64,000 nt of DNA, from contig MFLU01000010.1 in NCBI GenBank assembly GCA_001783335.1, positions 30,122 through 94,121 of the forward strand, read 5' to 3'. A program made the translations under genes and the position numbers. The notes beneath the pieces are model-generated. The model was not told where the DNA came from. It saw only the letters and a program-made list of their open reading frames with translations, and did no database searches. Source of the DNA: Candidatus Kaiserbacteria bacterium RIFCSPLOWO2_01_FULL_50_24. GTDB taxonomy: Bacteria > Patescibacteriota > Minisyncoccia > Phycocordibacterales > UBA2100. Positions 37,299 through 46,954 of this stretch are shown here, piece by piece (positions within the stretch are counted from its first letter, which is position 1; each line of letters opens with the position of its first letter).

Positions 37299-37716
37299 TA
37301 AAGGCAATAACCTTTTTTGCGGCGTCGCCCCGCCTGCCATCGCCTAATGCGCTGTGCGTGGTTATATAAATGATACTGTGTATAGGCACCAGGACTATAA
37401 TATCAACTTCTATCGCTCTGGCATTGGCGGGCAGGTCGGACTAGTCGCGCGCGTTGAATTGGAAAAAGAAAAAGCCGAGGGGTGTCCTCGGCTTACAATT
37501 ACGCGTAGAGCATGTCAGGAACTCAGGATGTTTTCTTGGCGACTATTTCCAAAGAGCGTGGCAGATGTCTTCAGTACTCGCCAGCAGTTTTCTCATTTGT
37601 TTCTCCTCTTCTTGTCGTGAACGGGCGTTCACTACCCATCCCCTTTATACCACACCCCCCTCGGCAATTGCAAGTGTTTTGCGGAGCCGACGGCTGACTC
37701 GTGGTACAATATCAAA

Positions 37717-38856
37717 ATGAAAATCGTTCTCGTCGGAGGAGGAACAGGTGGACATTTTTACCCGCTTATTGCCGTTGCTGAAGCAATTGAGGAAATTGTG
37801 GAAGAGCGCGTTCTGATAGAGCCGGAAATCACCTATATCGGCCCCGCGCCGTTTGATGAAGTTGCGCTTCTTGAGCACAACATCACCTACGTCCACTCTT
37901 CGGCGGGAAAGATGCCGCGTGATTCAAAAATACCGAATCCATTCTTAATGCTCAAAATCGTATTCGGTACTGTCCACTCACTTATCCGTCTATTCCGACT
38001 CTATCCAGATGTGATTTTTTCTACCGGTGGCTATGCCGCATTTCCCACACTGTATGCGGCTCGTATCCTGAATATTCCAGTCATCATATACGATGCCGAT
38101 GCAACGCCCGGACGCGTATCATTGTGGTCTGCAAAATTTGCGCGCTGGATTGCGGTAGCACACCCAGAAGCGACGGAACATTTTCCGAAGTCGTTATACG
38201 AAAGAATAGCGAATACGGGGCATCCAATACGAAGAGCGATAGAGCATCCGGCGCCAGAGGGCGGACATGAGTTTTTAAAGATTGATCCTTCGGTTCCCTC
38301 TGTTTTTGTGCTCGGTGGTTCGCAGGGTGCGCAGGCAATCAACAGCGTTGTCTTGGATGCGCTCCCCACACTCTTGGAGCGCTATAATGTCGTACATCAG
38401 GCAGGCTCCGCGAATGTTGAGGAAATAAATGAACTCATATCCGTTATACTTAAGGACTCACCGCACCGAAATCGCTACCGCATATTCGGCCTTTTGAACA
38501 CACTTGCACTCCGCATGACCGCCGGCATCACCTCGCTTATTGTGTCGCGTGCGGGAAGCGGAGCCATTTTTGAGATTGCTTCATGGCGCATTCCTTCCAT
38601 AATTGTGCCGATTCCGACTGAAATATCACATGACCAAACAGAAAACGCTTTTTCATACGCGCGAGCTGGCGCCGCAGTAGTCATTGAACAGAGAAATCTG
38701 ACTCCACACCTCCTCACTGCAGAAATCGCGCGCATACTGGATAATGCGGAATTGCAGAATAAAATGCGGGAAGCAGCCGCGTCGTTCGCGCGGCCCGACG
38801 CCGCAAAAAAAATCGCTAAAATTCTCATTGAGACAGCTTTGGAACATGAAAATTAG
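37717..38856 (+). CDS. murG: Undecaprenyldiphospho-muramoylpentapeptide beta-N-acetylglucosaminyltransferase
   Basis: It starts with the N-terminal GGGTGGH motif and has a GT-B layout. Confidence 0.9.
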   Translation: MKIVLVGGGTGGHFYPLIAVAEAIEEIVEERVLIEPEITYIGPAPFDEVALLEHNITYVHSSAGKMPRDSKIPNPFLMLKIVFGTVHSLIRLFRLYPDVIFSTGGYAAFPTLYAARILNIPVIIYDADATPGRVSLWSAKFARWIAVAHPEATEHFPKSLYERIANTGHPIRRAIEHPAPEGGHEFLKIDPSVPSVFVLGGSQGAQAINSVVLDALPTLLERYNVVHQAGSANVEEINELISVILKDSPHRNRYRIFGLLNTLALRMTAGITSLIVSRAGSGAIFEIASWRIPSIIVPIPTEISHDQTENAFSYARAGAAVVIEQRNLTPHLLTAEIARILDNAELQNKMREAAASFARPDAAKKIAKILIETALEHEN

Positions 38857-38894
38857 TAAGTAGAGAGTGGTTAATAGAAAGTGACCAATTATTT

Positions 38895-40196
38895 ATGCAT
38901 GTCATTACTCGCTTTCCGCCATCGCCGACCGGTTTTTTTCACATCGGGAGCGCACGCACGGCACTTTTCAATTATCTTTTTGCCAAAAAACACGGCAGTA
39001 CAATGCATCTGCGGTTTGAGGATACAGATAGGGATCGTAGCAAAACCGAATACGAAGATGATATTATTAGTGGACTCGCATGGCTCGGCATATCGTATGC
39101 GCCGGAAGTTACGCGGCAATCGGAACGGCTGGAAAAATACCGCCCGTACATCGCGAAACTTTTAGAATCGGGTGCGGCATACGAGGCCGAACCCTCGGAA
39201 GGCGACCCGGCAAAGAAGGCGGTGCGGTTCAAAAATCCGAACACGACGATTACGTTTTCCGACGCCATTCGCGGCGATGTGTCGTTTGATACAACCGAGC
39301 TCAAGGATTTTGTAATCGCAAAGAGTGTCGAAGAGCCGCTCTACCATCTCGCGGTCGTTATAGACGATCACGACATGGAAATTACTCATGTCATCCGTGG
39401 CGAAGATCATCTATCAAATACGCAGCGCCAAATACTTATAATGGAAGCGCTTGGTTTTGCACGCCCGGTATATGCGCACATGCCGCTTATACTTGGGTCG
39501 GATCGTTCAAAGCTGTCAAAGCGGAACTTTGCGGCTTCCGTAAACGATTATCGAATTTTGGGTTACAAACCAGAAGCGTTTCTGAACTACCTCGCCCTCC
39601 TTGGTTGGACCCCGCCTTCCGGAAAAGAGAAATTGTCGCTCGACGAAATGGTTGCGGAATTTGAACTCTCCGATATTCACAAGAGCGGCGCCATGTTTGA
39701 TATGGAGAAACTGAAATGGCTAAACCGTGAGTATTTACTTGAGATGCCAGAGCCGCTTTTTGAAGATGAGGTGCGCCAACGCACCAGTACGCTAGATTGG
39801 GAAATGACAAAAAAACTTACCCCTTTCGTGAGAGAGCGTATCCACACATGGTCCGACCTCAAAAATCTGGCTGGGGAATATGGATACTGCTATGCACCTC
39901 CGACTCTTGACCCTAAGGAAATTTCCGGAAAAAACACGGACGCGGAAGGCGCCGCGCGGCATCTTGAAGAACTCGGCCACATGTTAAAAACAGCATCTTT
40001 CGAAAATGCTGATTCAGTGAAAACGGCTGTTTGGGACTACGCAACAAAAGAGGGTAGGGGGGCGGTCTTGTGGCCTCTGCGCTACGCGCTTTCCGGCCGC
40101 ACTCGCTCACTTGATCCGTTTGCTATTGCGACAATACTCGGCAAAGAGAAAACACTTAAACGCATAGACGTGGCGCTTGATATACTGAAAGAATGA
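38895..40196 (+). CDS. gltX: Glutamyl-tRNA synthetase (short form)
   Basis: It has the HIGH motif (FHIGSARTALFNY) and KLSKR. The stop overlaps the next gene's start (ATGA). Confidence 0.9.
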   Translation: MHVITRFPPSPTGFFHIGSARTALFNYLFAKKHGSTMHLRFEDTDRDRSKTEYEDDIISGLAWLGISYAPEVTRQSERLEKYRPYIAKLLESGAAYEAEPSEGDPAKKAVRFKNPNTTITFSDAIRGDVSFDTTELKDFVIAKSVEEPLYHLAVVIDDHDMEITHVIRGEDHLSNTQRQILIMEALGFARPVYAHMPLILGSDRSKLSKRNFAASVNDYRILGYKPEAFLNYLALLGWTPPSGKEKLSLDEMVAEFELSDIHKSGAMFDMEKLKWLNREYLLEMPEPLFEDEVRQRTSTLDWEMTKKLTPFVRERIHTWSDLKNLAGEYGYCYAPPTLDPKEISGKNTDAEGAARHLEELGHMLKTASFENADSVKTAVWDYATKEGRGAVLWPLRYALSGRTRSLDPFAIATILGKEKTLKRIDVALDILKE

Positions 40197-41569
40197 CGCC
40201 AAAGTACAAAAAACACAGATTGCACAAAGTACGAACAAAATACAGAGCACAGGAACCGAAAACGCAAACGAATACAAGCAGTTTGTGCTTTGTGTTTTTA
40301 ATCGTTTGTGTTTTGTTTGTGTCCTGGTTCCTGTACTTTTTGCTTTTCGCCACAGTTTCAGCGCAAACGCGGGAAGAACTTGAGAGCGACATTGCTAAAT
40401 ACAACAAGCAGATAGAAGAACTGGATAAAGAAATCGCCCAGTACGAGCGTGAGCTCACAGAGATAGGCACACAAAAGCAAACGCTTCAGAGCATCGTTGA
40501 CGGACTGGATCTTCAGAGAAGACAGCTCCAAGTAAAAATACGCTCCACGAGAAGTAAAATAGGTACATTAGAACTTGAAATAGAACGACTGGACGAAAAC
40601 ATCGGAAACAAAGAGGTTCTTATAGGACACGGCATGGAAGCGCTCGGAGAGACCATACGCTCCATAGACCGCGCTGATCGTCAGAGTTTTGTGGAAACGG
40701 TGCTTGGCGGAGGCACTGTAACGTCGTTGTGGGACGCCGTGGAGACCGTGCAGAAAGTCCAGCTTGCCGTGCGGGAGAATATCACCGCGCTAATGCGCGC
40801 CAAAGAATCTCTGGCCGAAAACCGCACCGTCTCCGAAAAGAAACACTCCGAACTTTCTGCAGAAAGAAGAACGCTTTCCTCGCAAGAGCAGTCATTGGCC
40901 ATCACCGCACGAGAGCAGAAGAATCTCCTGGATGACACGAAGTCGCAGGAGTCCGCGTATCAGGCCACCGTGGAGCAGAAACAAGCGGAAAAAGTGGCGT
41001 TTGAAGCCGCGCTTTTTGAACTCGCATCCGCACTTGAATACACATTTGACCCAAGCCGTATTCCACCGCCAGGCAAGGGAATTCTACGCTGGCCTCTGGA
41101 CAACGTTTTCGTCACACAAGAATTCGGAAAAACATCTTCTTCTGGACGTCTTTACGTTTCGGGCACTCATGACGGTGTGGACTTTCGCACAAAGACGTCC
41201 TCTAATCCTTCTGGGATAGGAACGCCAATAAAGGCCGCACTTTCTGGAATCGTTCTGGAGGTAAATCACGGCGCGGTGCCTTATTGTCAGTATGGAAAAT
41301 GGATACTTATACGCCACAGTAACAATTTAACAACTCTTTACGCACATCTTTCAGACATCGCCGTAAAAAAAGATAGCACTGTCGCAACAGGTGAAATCAT
41401 AGGATACTCAGGTAATAGTGGCTATGCGACCGGTCCGCATCTCCACTTCACCGTGTACGCATCAGATGCGCTATCTTTCAGGGACCACAAATGTAACAGT
41501 GGCAAAACCGTCGCCATCCCCATCGCCGCGCCGACAGGATACCTGAATCCGTTAGATTATTTGAATTAA
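40193..41569 (+). CDS. M23-family metallopeptidase with an N-terminal coiled-coil (EnvC/NlpD-like murein endopeptidase)
   Basis: The C-terminal LytM domain has HxxxD and HLHF motifs. A basic N-region plus hydrophobic segment (signal/anchor) is encoded by the family-E repeat. Confidence 0.8.
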   Translation: MTPKYKKHRLHKVRTKYRAQEPKTQTNTSSLCFVFLIVCVLFVSWFLYFLLFATVSAQTREELESDIAKYNKQIEELDKEIAQYERELTEIGTQKQTLQSIVDGLDLQRRQLQVKIRSTRSKIGTLELEIERLDENIGNKEVLIGHGMEALGETIRSIDRADRQSFVETVLGGGTVTSLWDAVETVQKVQLAVRENITALMRAKESLAENRTVSEKKHSELSAERRTLSSQEQSLAITAREQKNLLDDTKSQESAYQATVEQKQAEKVAFEAALFELASALEYTFDPSRIPPPGKGILRWPLDNVFVTQEFGKTSSSGRLYVSGTHDGVDFRTKTSSNPSGIGTPIKAALSGIVLEVNHGAVPYCQYGKWILIRHSNNLTTLYAHLSDIAVKKDSTVATGEIIGYSGNSGYATGPHLHFTVYASDALSFRDHKCNSGKTVAIPIAAPTGYLNPLDYLN

Positions 41570-41672
41570 AATATCGTGCAGACAAGATTTATATTTCACT
41601 CGTTCCGCTTCGCCGGTAAACAAACTTACGTCTTGTTTTCCGGCTCCTCGGCTCGGAAATATAAAAGCTTTT

Positions 41673-42341
41673 TTATATTTCACTCGCCCTACGTCGCCGG
41701 TAGCGCGAGGTGCGAACGCGCCAATCAACGAGGCCCATTGCGCGCCGCTCGGTATAGGACACCGGTCGCAAACAAATATTTTTGGCAGGGGAAGGGAAGT
41801 GGGGCGCGTTGTCCAACGCTTCTGCAAGCCAGTTCAGATCTTCCTCCGTCGTAACCCACGAAGCAATGTCAAAGCGCAAGATACTAAACGGTTTTGAAAA
41901 ACATGTGAGTGTCTTTTTTCCTCTGTCCGGCAAAAAGTACTCATTGAAGTAGGACATGCCGAGCTCGTGCGGCGTTTTATATATTGGATCACGGTAGCGC
42001 AAAAACGCGCGATTCGTTTTGCTGACTGCGCCCCATTTGCCTCGCTCGCGGAAAAGAGTAACCACGTGATCGTAGTCATCAAGAGTCGCTTGAAAGTCCA
42101 TCAGGTAGGGGACTCGGCCGTGGTAAAGAAAGGCAGCGGCCGCCAAAAATGCGCCCTCTATACAATGTGCTGTCTTTTTACGCATCACAAGACGTGGCGA
42201 CATGCATGTCTCGCGCGCATATTCAAAGTTGATTGGTAACGTATCTAAATAATCCTGAATCCTCTGTGAGGAGGAGAGGGGAGAGAGGACATGATGTTCT
42301 TGCGGTGTCAAGAGAGCATGTATGCGCTCGCGGTAGGTCAT
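41673..42341 (-). CDS. Hypothetical protein, possibly with a transglutaminase/papain-like Cys-His-Asp core
   Basis: The segment AHCIEGAFLAAAAFLYHGRVP weakly resembles the G-x-C-x-x-x-A...GIP core. The Arg-rich C-terminal tail is encoded by a duplicated 35-bp segment. Confidence 0.4.
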   Translation of the reverse strand: MTYRERIHALLTPQEHHVLSPLSSSQRIQDYLDTLPINFEYARETCMSPRLVMRKKTAHCIEGAFLAAAAFLYHGRVPYLMDFQATLDDYDHVVTLFRERGKWGAVSKTNRAFLRYRDPIYKTPHELGMSYFNEYFLPDRGKKTLTCFSKPFSILRFDIASWVTTEEDLNWLAEALDNAPHFPSPAKNICLRPVSYTERRAMGLVDWRVRTSRYRRRRASEI

Positions 42342-42508
42342 AGTTCCCAGTATAACGTAGCTTCATGGTGATATCGCGTAGCCGAGATTGAAATACTTGA
42401 CATGTGTGTTGTAATAATAAGCCAAAAGTTCGTACCTGTGGATAACTTTTTGAGGAGGGGCGGGGGGTTCCTCTCAATAAGGATTCTGTATGCTATACTG
42501 GTTTTTGT

Positions 42509-42736
42509 ATGAGAAGTGGGACATTCGATCTGGTATTCTATACCGTCGCCATTATCGTTGCTAACATACTCTACATCCAATACGGTGCTCTCTCTTGGAA
42601 GGCTGCACTCTTCGGCATGGTCACGTATGTAGTTTTGGCCGTTGCGTATGAAATCTTGGCCTACTTAAAGCACTGGAAGCACCTGCCCACAGGTCGCGCC
42701 GTTGAAAGCATTATCGTCCTCCTACTGCCGCACTAG
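42509..42736 (+). CDS. Small hypothetical membrane protein (2 TM helices)
   Basis: An extended -10 promoter (TGcTATACT) lies upstream at 42485-42494. Confidence 0.35.
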   Translation: MRSGTFDLVFYTVAIIVANILYIQYGALSWKAALFGMVTYVVLAVAYEILAYLKHWKHLPTGRAVESIIVLLLPH

Positions 42737-42821
42737 CCGAGTCATCGCATGTCAGGCGCTATCTTTAGTGACCCCTGCTTTATGGGTCAGAAAAGATATA
42801 TTGTGCGACGTTAAATATATT

Positions 42822-43361
42822 CTATTCGCGCTTCTCCCCCGCCTCTAAATATACGGCCCCTAGTGCATTTTTAAGAACATCTAAAGATGTATATAATCGC
42901 TTTGATGCGCGTGTTTCGGGACCTCCAGAGAGCTCTATAGCCTCCTCTTGTGACACGAAGCGACATTCTTCTATTTCATCCTCACCGCATTTGACCTTGC
43001 GCTGCTCTTCTGGCATCACTTCCCCACCAAAAAATGTAAATTGAATGCGGTCACCAAACGAATCGTCTTTCGGCACGTAGTGAACACACAGTAACGACAG
43101 TTTTTTAAGCGTTAAGCCAGCCTCTTCCAATACCTCGCGTTTGCATGCGTCGTGTGGCGATTCGTCTGCATCAACCAAGCCGCCGGGCAAAGACCAATGC
43201 TTCTTATAGTGTGCTTTTACGAGTAGGAGCTTTCCATGCTCGTCAAAAATTATTGCGCCTGAGGAAATCGGCTTTTTGGGCAGCGTCTTGTAAAATTCAT
43301 TCGGCGGTAGAAATACACCCATCAGTGCATTGTACTCTTTAAAAAAAGAACGACCACCCAC
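42822..43361 (-). CDS. NUDIX hydrolase
   Basis: It has the Nudix box GGLVDADESPHDACKREVLEEAGL. Confidence 0.8.
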   Translation of the reverse strand: MGGRSFFKEYNALMGVFLPPNEFYKTLPKKPISSGAIIFDEHGKLLLVKAHYKKHWSLPGGLVDADESPHDACKREVLEEAGLTLKKLSLLCVHYVPKDDSFGDRIQFTFFGGEVMPEEQRKVKCGEDEIEECRFVSQEEAIELSGGPETRASKRLYTSLDVLKNALGAVYLEAGEKRE

Positions 43362-43391
43362 GGTTTACCGAGATGATCGCTACGATTTTTC

Positions 43392-43667
43392 TTAAGGGCC
43401 ATATCCCCCGAGGTCGAGGGAGTGGAAATTGTCAAGAGCGCGCAAATGCCGCCCTTTTTCTTTTTCAGGCAACTCGGGCTCCCGCCCCTTCAATTCTTGC
43501 GCATGTTCTCTGAGAAACTGTGCTGCAGCGACCGGACTATCAGTGTCTAAAAGTGCTTCCAGCGCCTTAGACCAGTTCTCCCCTCCGACACCACACACTT
43601 TGTCACGCAGTTTGTAAAACAGATCGTACGCGTGATGCGGAATACCACCGAGCTTGAATTTGCTCAT
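43392..43667 (-). CDS. Hypothetical protein
   Basis: The ORF lies between two Nudix genes on the same strand. Confidence 0.4.
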   Translation of the reverse strand: MSKFKLGGIPHHAYDLFYKLRDKVCGVGGENWSKALEALLDTDSPVAAAQFLREHAQELKGREPELPEKEKGRHLRALDNFHSLDLGGYGP

Positions 43668-43756
43668 CCCGTCTTCTCCTATCCTAAGTTCCCTACCCCA
43701 CAGATTACATTAACATGTTCTATGTTGGTGTCAATCACGGTAACGTCACAGTAACG

Positions 43757-44263
43757 TCACCATCGCCCGCGCTCATTTCGCACACCTGCGCAGTATGCCT
43801 CTATTCTTCTACGATTCGCTGGAGACGTCGTATCCGGCAAGTTATCAAAAGCAAAAATGCCGCGCTGCATAATCTCCCCGTTAGGGACAAATTTTATACT
43901 TCCGTCGTAGTCATTCGTAAACAGCACTTGAACGATGTCGTGCTTTCCGAGCGCTCCCTCATACACACCCAGCTCACCGGTAAAGTTGTTTACTATATAA
44001 CCGGTTTCTTCGCGCACCTCACGCTTTCCAGCGGCTTCCGGTGACTCGCCCGCGTCAACCGCGCCACCGGGGAGAGTCCACACTCCAGGAGCAAACCAGT
44101 GCCGCACAAGCACAACTCTCCCATCTCGCTCCAAAATCACACGCACGCCGTGTATTTGTTCTTGCCCACCGAACCAGCGTAGAAGCACGTAACGCCCAGC
44201 GTGCGCAATAAACAAAATCGTTTGCGATATGAGTGCGCCAAGGCGCCTAAGTAGCCGCCGCAT
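43757..44263 (-). CDS. NUDIX hydrolase (second, divergent copy)
   Basis: It has the Nudix box GGAVDAGESPEAAGKREVREETGY. Confidence 0.75.
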   Translation of the reverse strand: MRRLLRRLGALISQTILFIAHAGRYVLLRWFGGQEQIHGVRVILERDGRVVLVRHWFAPGVWTLPGGAVDAGESPEAAGKREVREETGYIVNNFTGELGVYEGALGKHDIVQVLFTNDYDGSIKFVPNGEIMQRGIFAFDNLPDTTSPANRRRIEAYCAGVRNERGRW

Positions 44264-44314
44264 AAAGTCATCAGTAGTTATTGGCGTGAGCGAGTAGTGA
44301 TGTCCAACTACGTC

Positions 44315-44908
44315 TTATTTTCTCCAAGGAATTTCGTACTGTGTAAACTCCGGCAGTAATTTTCTACTGTACAGAAGGCGCGAGATGACTTCCGCGTGCG
44401 AAAGCGCGCCCGTCTGCGCATTGTGCGGCGTGGGTTCCATTGGAATACCACAATACACAAGGATGGCGTCCAGGTCCAGCGCCGAGCGGCGATGCGCGGT
44501 TGGCGGCTGAAGCCCTCTTTGGATCATATGCGTGTAGCAAAGCGTGTGAGCGTCAATCGTTCTAAATGCAAACGGCCACTCGGTATGCCCCGCGCGCTCT
44601 GCCGCCGCACTCAAGAAATCTCGATCAAAAGAAACGTTTTGCCCGGCGAGTGTTCGCTCTTCCAATTTTTCCGACCACTGTAAAAATGCATGAATGGTAT
44701 CCGCCTCGCTCGGCTTCGCGCTATCAATAATCTGTTCACGCGTAAAGCCGTTCACATCAAGCGACTCTGAAGATATGTGTGCACCGTCCCACACGCGGCA
44801 CTCTTCGTAAAATCTATTGTCCGGGTGTGCGAAATCCAAAGCGCCAACACTCACAATGGAGTCGGTTTTCGGGTCCAGCCCGGAGGCCTCAACGTCTACG
44901 ACAAGCAT
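44315..44908 (-). CDS. DEDDh 3'-5' exonuclease (DnaQ/RNase T-like)
   Basis: Exo motifs are present: VVDVEASGLDP (motif I), GQNVSFDRDFL (motif II), and HNAQTGALSHAEV with H-x4-D (motif III). Confidence 0.8.
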   Translation of the reverse strand: MLVVDVEASGLDPKTDSIVSVGALDFAHPDNRFYEECRVWDGAHISSESLDVNGFTREQIIDSAKPSEADTIHAFLQWSEKLEERTLAGQNVSFDRDFLSAAAERAGHTEWPFAFRTIDAHTLCYTHMIQRGLQPPTAHRRSALDLDAILVYCGIPMEPTPHNAQTGALSHAEVISRLLYSRKLLPEFTQYEIPWRK

Positions 44909-45001
44909 AGCTTTTAGGTTTCAGTTATTAGCTTAATAGAAAACCATACATGTTATTTTCCCACACCTAGAAGCTAGAAGCTAGTACCTAGAAGCTATTC
45001 C
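44909..45001. repeat. Family-D intergenic repeat
   Basis: It ends with cctagaagctattc, like the copy at 15132-15240. Confidence 0.75.
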
Positions 45002-45360
45002 AGACCCTTACAATTCTTCGCCGGCCGATATCCCGCTTTTTGCGCCTCTTCCTCACTTTTGAACCACCGTTTATTCTGCTCCGTTATTTGTTTTGCGCCC
45101 GCGCACCACGGAAAATGATACGTGCTTCCATTCCGCGAACCAACCAAAAGTCCGCCCATGTTCATTGGTGGAAGCGCTTCCGCCGCTGTGGCATGTTGAA
45201 GTGACACCTGTGGACGCATTTCTTCTATCATGGAGAATCGCCCTAATCCGAACGACGCAAGCCCGACCAAAAGCACTACGAGCGGCACGCCCCATGTTCC
45301 AAGTATGTCATTCAAACGACTGGCGAATGAGGGAAACATTGCGATACTATATACCAACAT
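44995..45360 (-). CDS. Hypothetical membrane-anchored protein with a C-terminal Cys motif (YHFPWCAGAKQI...GYRPAKNC)
   Basis: It has an N-terminal TM segment and a short C-terminal domain with the conserved-looking Y-x-x-P-x-C ... GYRP-x-K-x-C pattern. Confidence 0.45.
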   Translation of the reverse strand: MLVYSIAMFPSFASRLNDILGTWGVPLVVLLVGLASFGLGRFSMIEEMRPQVSLQHATAAEALPPMNMGGLLVGSRNGSTYHFPWCAGAKQITEQNKRWFKSEEEAQKAGYRPAKNCKGLE

Positions 45361-45461
45361 TATACCTGCGTCACATACACTAATTATTCACGACTGTGAA
45401 TAATTAGTGTATGAGAAAAGTGACAAAAAGACCCCGCTAATAACGCGGGGCCGACAAGATG

Positions 45462-45749
45462 TCAACAACGAGACGAGAGGGTTTTGCGATGCGTAACAAC
45501 ACCGTTGCGGTCAAGTACTTCTATAGCAACAACTTCACTCTCCAAAAAATCCCTCTGCTCGTCCGATATCTCCAGCATCTGGCATGCTATGGCTGAAATT
45601 TCGTAAATAATTGTCCCATCGTTCAAATGAACATTAACCAATTGGTACCCCATACCACTCTCTGGCATATCGGCTAACGCGCGTACGAGCACCCCGTCCA
45701 TCCTCAATTGCCTGATTCTAAAAGAAGCTGCCGATTTCCTATCGTGCAT
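45462..45749 (-). CDS. Hypothetical protein
   Basis: Support comes from the ORF only. Confidence 0.35.
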   Translation of the reverse strand: MHDRKSAASFRIRQLRMDGVLVRALADMPESGMGYQLVNVHLNDGTIIYEISAIACQMLEISDEQRDFLESEVVAIEVLDRNGVVTHRKTLSSRC

Positions 45750-46084
45750 GCAATTCCTCTCTTATTTTTTACCTGCCCGAGTGTACCTTGTATTTCAACC
45801 AAAAACAATCCGCCACAATGCGTTTTGCATTCCACGCCCCGAGCGGAGACGCCTGTTGCCCGAGAAAACATCGCGCACTAAGTATTTAAACGTGAAGACG
45901 TTGCCGCAGTAGTGATGTGCTCCCACGCCACCACAAAATACGATATTCGGCGCGGATAACAGACGCCGGAGCGCTCCCCTTGCAATTCAAGACGTTCTTG
46001 TGTATCTTTGTTATAACTTCGGCGACAGAGCTTTTTATCTTCTCTAGAAGTTAAAAGCTGACCGCAAGAAGTCATTCAACCAAT

Positions 46085-46357
46085 ATGGCAACAACAAAAG
46101 CTGGAGGAACAGCGAAGAATTTGCGCGATTCAAATCCGAAGTACCTGGGCGTTAAACGCGCTGACGGGCAAGAGGTTTACATAGGAGAAGTGATTGTGCG
46201 TCAACGCGGCACAAAAATCCTTCCGGGGAAGCACATCGGGGTCGGAAAAGACCATACTCTTTTTGCGCGAAAGTCCGGTGTCGTTAAATTTTCTACAGTG
46301 CGCAAAACAAACTTTGATGGTAATAGTGCTCGCCGAAAAATGGTGAGTATTGACTAG
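46085..46357 (+). CDS. rpmA: 50S ribosomal protein L27
   Basis: The translation is L27-like. There is no rplU immediately upstream, only about 330 nt of non-coding sequence. Confidence 0.95.
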   Translation: MATTKAGGTAKNLRDSNPKYLGVKRADGQEVYIGEVIVRQRGTKILPGKHIGVGKDHTLFARKSGVVKFSTVRKTNFDGNSARRKMVSID

Positions 46358-46368
46358 AGAGAAAAACG

Positions 46369-46394
46369 AAAACCGCCTTGTGAGGGCGGTTTTT
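46369..46394 (+). terminator. Intrinsic terminator after rpmA (aaaccgccttgtgagggcggttttt)
   Basis: It has a stem-loop plus T-run. Confidence 0.75.
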
Positions 46395-46449
46395 GGTATG
46401 GGAATGAGTCAGATCATTCCATCCAGACCTTGATTTCTGCTGTTCGTTG

Positions 46450-46902
46450 TCAAGTGCTAGTGCCGCCCTTTACCCGAATCTTGAGCTCGGCGCTGGATTT
46501 TCCAAGCCGCACGTGCACGGTTGATTCCCCCACTTTTCGCAAGGGTTCTGTAAAGGATATCGCGTCTGGCGGTATGGTGATGTCGAGTTCTTTTTTAATC
46601 TGTCCCGTTATCGCTTCTGGTGTCACGTGCTGATATAATTTTCCGAGTTTGTTCGCCGCTATTAAAATTGTTACCCTGGAACCGTCTAGCTGTGTTCTGA
46701 TCGCCGCCACCTCCTGCTCTCGTTTCTTCCGCGATTCTTCCACCGCTTTTTTCCACGCTTCATGCTCTGCAATTTTTTTCGGTGTCGCATGTTCGGCAAG
46801 ACCGCGTGGGATAAGAAAGTTAAGCGCATAACCATCCATAACATTCTTTATTACTCCTCTCTGCCCTACCCCACTTACGTCTTTCAATAAAATCACTTGC
46901 AT
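46450..46902 (-). CDS. rplI: 50S ribosomal protein L9
   Basis: The N-terminus is MQVILLKDV...GYALNFLIP. Confidence 0.9.
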   Translation of the reverse strand: MQVILLKDVSGVGQRGVIKNVMDGYALNFLIPRGLAEHATPKKIAEHEAWKKAVEESRKKREQEVAAIRTQLDGSRVTILIAANKLGKLYQHVTPEAITGQIKKELDITIPPDAISFTEPLRKVGESTVHVRLGKSSAELKIRVKGGTST

Positions 46903-46954
46903 AGTTTTGGTATTTGATATTGTTATTTATTTGGAATTTGTGTTTTGTAATTTG

